Of a stretch of DNA of 10,962 bases, positions 6,894-10,962 are shown piece after piece. A program made the translations under genes and the position numbers. The stretch is from Candidatus Eiseniibacteriota bacterium (GTDB lineage: Bacteria > Eisenbacteria > RBG-16-71-46), in NCBI GenBank assembly GCA_031366795.1, contig JANLOX010000402.1, forward strand, positions 1-10,962. The letters run 5' to 3'. Numbering within the stretch: the stretch's first letter is position 1; each line of letters begins with the position of its first letter. The notes below the pieces were generated by a model that saw only the letters and a program-made list of their open reading frames with translations, was not told the DNA's origin and did not search any database.

Positions 6894-7556
6894 ATGCCGG
6901 TGCAGCGTCCGCGATTGGGTTCATCGCTTGCCACAACAGTACCGCTCGAGCGGCGTCACTTCCTCACCCGCGTGGGTGCCGCCATCGCGGGCTTTGCGGT
7001 GCTGGGGAGACCTCGGCGCGCCGAGGCCGGCACCGCGGGTCTCGACCCATTCATCGGCGAGCTGATGATCTTCGCCGGCAACTTCGCGCCGCGGGGCTGG
7101 GCTTTCTGTGACGGGCAGTTGTTGTCTATTGCCCAGAACACGGCGCTGTTTAGCCTGCTTGGGACGATGTATGGCGGCGATGGCCAGACGACGTTCGGCT
7201 TGCCGGATCTGCGCGGCCGCGCGCCGATTAATGCGGGGCAGGGGCCGGGACTATCGAACTTCACGCAGGGGGAGCTCGGCGGCGAGGAAAACCACATGCT
7301 GACTGCGACCGAAATGCCCGCGCATACGCACACGGCCTACGCCGATGCGACGAACGGTACGGTCGATTCGCCGCTGAATGCGCTGCCGGCCCGCAATCCG
7401 GCCGCGATCCCGGCGTACGGCACCGGGGCTTCGGCGGCGCTCGCCGCGAATCACATCGGCACTGCTGGGGCGAGCCAGCCGCACAACAACATGCCGCCCT
7501 ACCTCGTCTTGAACTACTGCATCGCGCTGCAAGGCGTCTACCCTTCGCGGTCATGA
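6894..7556 (+). CDS. Phage tail-collar domain protein (MdpB-like) with twin-arginine signal peptide
   Basis: GAGGA RBS at 6883-6887. Signal 'LERRHFL...GRPRRAEA'. Collar domain 'PFIGELMIFAGNFAPRGWAFCDGQLLSI.QN.ALFSLLGT.YGGDG.TTF.LPDLRGR', then 'MPAHTH' and 'HNNMPPYLVLNYCIALQG.YP'. Confidence 0.9.
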   Translation: MPVQRPRLGSSLATTVPLERRHFLTRVGAAIAGFAVLGRPRRAEAGTAGLDPFIGELMIFAGNFAPRGWAFCDGQLLSIAQNTALFSLLGTMYGGDGQTTFGLPDLRGRAPINAGQGPGLSNFTQGELGGEENHMLTATEMPAHTHTAYADATNGTVDSPLNALPARNPAAIPAYGTGASAALAANHIGTAGASQPHNNMPPYLVLNYCIALQGVYPSRS

Positions 7557-8233
7557 CCGATGCTCGATCGATGGTTCCGGGAGTGCGTATGAACGATACG
7601 CCGAAATTACCCGCAGACGCACCGAAGCCGCCGCGCCGGCGTTTTTTCGCCGCAGTGGCCGCCGCGATCACGGGTGCAGGGTTGCTGGGCAGCGGCAAGC
7701 CGGCGCAAGCTCAGGCCTCCAACCCGTTCCTCGGAGAGGTCATGATGTTCGCAGGCAACTTCGCGCCCCGCGGGTGGCTGCCCTGCGATGGCGCGTTGCT
7801 GCCGATCAGCCAGTTTGATGCCCTGTTCTCGCTGATCGGCACCACTTACGGCGGCGATGGCCAGACCACCTTCGCGCTGCCCGACCTCCGCTCGCGCAAC
7901 GCGATCCACGCCGGCAGCGGCCCAGGCTTAAGCCCGCACTACCTGGGCGAGATGGCTGGCAACGAGCAAGCAACGCTGATCGTGGCCTCGTTGCCGGTGC
8001 ACAGCCATGCGACCGCGGCCGATGCCAGCGCCGGCACGTCGCCCGATCCCGCCGGTAAACTGCCGGCGCGCGACGCCACCGGTGGCCTGGCCTGGGGCAG
8101 CGGTCCCGCAGTCGCGATGGCCGCGGGGCATCTGGCACCGGCCGGCTCGAACGCTCCACACCAAAATCTTTCGCCCTACCTGGCGATCACTTATTGCATC
8201 GCCATTGAAGGCATTTATCCGTCACCCAACTGA
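7553..8233 (+). CDS. Second phage tail-collar domain protein (paralog) with twin-arginine signal peptide
   Basis: ATGA overlap with the upstream stop (alternative ATG 7589 has GGGAG upstream). Signal 'PRRRFF...GKPAQAQA'. Collar motif 'PFLGEVMMFAGNFAPRGW..CDG.LL.I.Q..ALFSLIGTTYGGDG.TTFALPDLR', then 'LPVHSH' and 'HQNLSPYLAITYCIAIEG.YP'. Confidence 0.9.
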   Translation: MTDARSMVPGVRMNDTPKLPADAPKPPRRRFFAAVAAAITGAGLLGSGKPAQAQASNPFLGEVMMFAGNFAPRGWLPCDGALLPISQFDALFSLIGTTYGGDGQTTFALPDLRSRNAIHAGSGPGLSPHYLGEMAGNEQATLIVASLPVHSHATAADASAGTSPDPAGKLPARDATGGLAWGSGPAVAMAAGHLAPAGSNAPHQNLSPYLAITYCIAIEGIYPSPN

Positions 8234-8273
8234 CGCGACGCCCGGTTCCGCGACGAATCGGCGGGGGGAAAGT

Positions 8274-9434
8274 ATGCGTTCCAAGAGCCTGGTGGTTTTG
8301 CTGGCGATGTTCGCCGTGTTGTTCGCGGCGGCGGCCGCGCAGGCGCAGCAGGTGTACTGGCTGGATACGCGCTTCGCCACACCCTCGGTCAACCGCGCCA
8401 ACGTGGATGGCACCGGGCGGGTGACGCTGGCACTTCCGCCCGGCTCGCTGCCCGAGGGGCTGGCTCTGGATCGCGCGCGTGCGAGCATCTACTGGACCGA
8501 GGCGACGTTCACTGGCGCGCGCGTGCGGCGCGCGGGGCTCGGCCTGCTCGCCGCGACCGATGTGGTCACGGGCGGCTCAGCGATGCGCAGCCTGGCGCTG
8601 GGCGGGACGATGACGCCCTTGCTGTGGACCACGAGCAACACCGTGACCGGGCCCGCCGTACGGACGGCGGCGCTGGATGGGACCGGCCAGTCGGTGCTCG
8701 CAACGTTTGGCGTCGCCGGCTCGAACCCGCGTGGCATCGCCTACCAGCCGTCGCCCTCCGAGTTCATCTTCGTCGCCGACATCGATGGTATTTACCGATA
8801 TAACGCGCTGGGCAGCGGTGGCATCCTGGCGCCGCTGCCGATCGGCAATCGTCCCTATGGCATCGCCGCCGACGAATCGAACAACCGCGTGTACTGGGCC
8901 GAGTACGCAAGTGGCCGGATCCAGCGATGTGCCACTGGCGGCGGCAGCGTCGTAACGCTGCTCAGCGGCCTGGCCAACCCCACTTATCTCACGCTCGATG
9001 TCCCAGGCGGCAAGATGTATTGGGTCGAGAGCGGCGCCGGCACCCAGCGCATCCGGCGCGCCAACCTCGATGGCAGCGGGATCCAGCTACTGAGCCTGCC
9101 GGTGACGAGCTATGGCGGCATTGCCGTCGTCCCCGGCGGCGTGGCCTCGGCGCCAGCTGAATCGCCGGTGCCGGAACTGGCGTTGGCTGCGGTCAGCCCA
9201 AACCCCGCGCGTCGCGAGGCGCGGCTGGCCTTCGCGCTGCCGCGTGCGCAACGTGTGCGGCTCAGCGTGCTCGACCTCCAGGGCCGCGAAGTCGCGCTGC
9301 TCAGCGACGGCGAACTCGCCGCCGGGAATCATGACTTCGACTGGGCGATCGGCACCGCAAACGCCGGCGTCTATTTCGCGCGCCTGCGCACAGAGGGTCG
9401 CACCCTGGTGCAGCGCTTCACCGTGTTGCGCTGA
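8274..9434 (+). CDS. Secreted YWTD (LDL-receptor class B-like) six-bladed beta-propeller with C-terminal T9SS type A / FlgD-Ig-like domain
   Basis: Sec signal MRSKSLVVLLAMFAVLFAAAAAQA. Six spaced YWTD-like motifs (VYWLD, IYWTE, LLWTT, IFVAD, VYWAE, MYWVE) with 'I.RANLDGS' repeats. C-terminus 'VSPNP...FALP...VRLSVLDLQGREV...GVYFARL'. Confidence 0.85.
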   Translation: MRSKSLVVLLAMFAVLFAAAAAQAQQVYWLDTRFATPSVNRANVDGTGRVTLALPPGSLPEGLALDRARASIYWTEATFTGARVRRAGLGLLAATDVVTGGSAMRSLALGGTMTPLLWTTSNTVTGPAVRTAALDGTGQSVLATFGVAGSNPRGIAYQPSPSEFIFVADIDGIYRYNALGSGGILAPLPIGNRPYGIAADESNNRVYWAEYASGRIQRCATGGGSVVTLLSGLANPTYLTLDVPGGKMYWVESGAGTQRIRRANLDGSGIQLLSLPVTSYGGIAVVPGGVASAPAESPVPELALAAVSPNPARREARLAFALPRAQRVRLSVLDLQGREVALLSDGELAAGNHDFDWAIGTANAGVYFARLRTEGRTLVQRFTVLR

Positions 9435-9456
9435 TCCGAACCGGAGCCGAGGCACG

Positions 9457-9485
9457 AGCGGGGCGCCCGTACTGGACGCCCCGCT
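9457..9485 (+). terminator. GC hairpin downstream of the propeller gene (possible terminator)
   Basis: AGCGGGGCG (9457-9465) pairs with CGCCCCGCT (9477-9485). No U-tract. Confidence 0.35.
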
Positions 9486-9698
9486 GCGGCACCATTCGAC
9501 TGCCCGGCGCGCGCATCTACCTCGCCGCAATCAACGTGGAAGAGATTGCGGCGCACCGCCCCTGGCTCGGTGATGAATCGAAGCACATTCATCGCACGCC
9601 GCACGACAGAACCAGCTTGTTTTCATTGACTTGCAGTGGGCTCTGCAGTGTTGTTAATGTGCCTAAACATTTAGCGCATAGCTTCACTTTTAGCACCC

Positions 9699-10325
9699 AT
9701 GCTCAACTTGAGGAATCCCGTCTTGGTTTGTCCCGTCGCTTCAGTGACCCTCGTGGTAGCCGCTCTGGGCGGCGCGCGTGCCCTGCTGATGGAAGACCGC
9801 CGCTACCGCCTTTTGGCCTGGGTGGCGCTGGTGGTGATCGTCGGGGGTTGGGGGGCCTATTACCTGGGATTGGATGCCAAGCCCTTCCGCATCGCGATGG
9901 AGGCGCTGTCGACCATCGGCCTGCTGGCCGCGATCCTGCGCATCCGCTGGCTGATGCGGTCGCAAACGTTCCATTCGCCGATGCTCACCGCCATGGCGAA
10001 GTTCCCTCGGCAGGCCTGGGCCGCCATCGGGTCGCCGTGGTTGATCATGGCGAAGGTGTGGCTCGTGGCGATGGTGGTGATGGAGTGGCGCGGCAAGGCG
10101 GACTTCAGTGCGCTCGAGTACACCGTTGTCAGCGCGCTGCTCATTACGATCGCCGCGGGACAGTTTGTGCTTTCGCGCCGCGCGCGGCCGCGGTTCGCCG
10201 GGCTCGAGTCGCTCGCGTCGAACCAGGCGCCCGCCACCTGCCCGTTCGGTTTTGGCTGTGAGCTCGATGCGCCGGCTGGCGGATCCCCCCATGACAGCGT
10301 GTTCCAGACGGAGAAGTCCGCATGA
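9699..10325 (+). CDS. Uncharacterised integral membrane protein (about 5 TM segments) with CPV and CPF motifs
   Basis: About five hydrophobic stretches. CPV at 9729 and CPFGFG at 10239. The true start may be TTG 9723 (GAGGA at 9710-9714). The stop overlaps the next ATG. Confidence 0.7.
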   Translation: MLNLRNPVLVCPVASVTLVVAALGGARALLMEDRRYRLLAWVALVVIVGGWGAYYLGLDAKPFRIAMEALSTIGLLAAILRIRWLMRSQTFHSPMLTAMAKFPRQAWAAIGSPWLIMAKVWLVAMVVMEWRGKADFSALEYTVVSALLITIAAGQFVLSRRARPRFAGLESLASNQAPATCPFGFGCELDAPAGGSPHDSVFQTEKSA

Positions 10326-10962
10326 GCAGCGAAATTCCGGTGCCTGAGTCTGCGGCGCGCCTGCCGTTGTCGGTGCAGTTGAAGCATGGCACGCGCGAAG
10401 TGCACGAGCACGTCGAACGCGCGGCCTCGTTCAACCGCCTAATCGTGGTGCGCATGCCGGATGCCGATCCGGCTTCTGGGCTGAGCGCGGCGATGCGCGA
10501 CAAATTGATCCTCGAATATCGCGAGATATACCGCCGCTTCATGATCGGTGCTTATGGCTTCGAGTCAGCGGTGAACGCCGCGCTGCAGGCGTCGCCGGCG
10601 TTGGCAGCGGCTATTGCGGCGGGCTTCGCGTTCGAGGCGCACGACCCGGTCGAGTTGATCCGCGAAGACATGCGTGTGGTTTTTGGCGCCGCGGCGCTTG
10701 ATGGCGTGCAGGTCATGCAGGGCCTCCCCGCGATTCACACGCTGCCGGAGCTTGCCGGCGTCGAGTATGTGCGGCGCGGTTCGCGCGCGGGTGGCGCAGT
10801 GATCGCGGCGGTCGTCGAGCGGAACTTGGGACTGACGCGCGAACACGGCGCATCGTTCCTGGCGCAATACGGCAAACAGACGCGTGGCGTGCTGGTGGCG
10901 TTGAAGGCGTGGCTCGATGCGTTGCCGTTCTCAGAGGCAGAGACCGCAGTCGCAGTGGATGC
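10322..10962 (+). CDS. Heme oxygenase-like protein (biliverdin-producing/BphO-HemO fold), partial
   Basis: Manual translation from ATG 10322 is open to the window end: 'LSVQLKHGTREVHEHVE' (proximal His helix), 'Y.RF....YGFE..V', 'I.EDM', 'AGVEYVRRGSRAGGAVIA' (distal helix equivalent), 'GASFL..YG..T......KAWLDAL'. Confidence 0.8.
   Translation, partial: MSSEIPVPESAARLPLSVQLKHGTREVHEHVERAASFNRLIVVRMPDADPASGLSAAMRDKLILEYREIYRRFMIGAYGFESAVNAALQASPALAAAIAAGFAFEAHDPVELIREDMRVVFGAAALDGVQVMQGLPAIHTLPELAGVEYVRRGSRAGGAVIAAVVERNLGLTREHGASFLAQYGKQTRGVLVALKAWLDALPFSEAETAVAVD

Noticed and set aside
6894..8233. Prophage or contractile injection system
   Set aside because: No capsid, sheath, tube, baseplate, integrase or lysis genes, and both proteins have export signals.
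9690..9716. CIRCE (HrcA) element from TTAGCACCC
   Set aside because: The second arm GAGTGCTAA is absent at the required 9-nt spacing.

Overview
GC-rich bacterial chromosomal window. The C-terminal 'SPNP...LDLQGR' sorting-type domain suggests an FCB-group-like organism, but that is inference. Gene order: (-) a 3'-truncated Gly/Thr/Lys repeat protein with a short 'LSIEKLEDKIAP' leader, missed by the ORF track; a ~700-nt divergent intergenic region; (+) a secreted diheme c-type cytochrome; (-) a DinB-family protein; (+) a flavin reductase; (-) a hidden SelW/Rdx selenoprotein with in-frame TGA and SECIS hairpin, missed by the ORF track; (+) murB; (-) moaA; (+) a secreted DUF4350/GATase-like protein; (+) two tandem phage tail-collar (Mdp-like) paralogs, each with a twin-arginine signal peptide, followed by a secreted YWTD beta-propeller with a T9SS/FlgD-Ig-like C-terminal domain; (+) a membrane protein with CP motifs at both ends, coupled to a divergent, truncated heme oxygenase-like gene that the ORF track also missed. 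The best candidates for undescribed systems are the leader plus (GTAGTK) repeat protein, the Tat tail-collar/propeller operon, and the CP-membrane protein/heme oxygenase pair.
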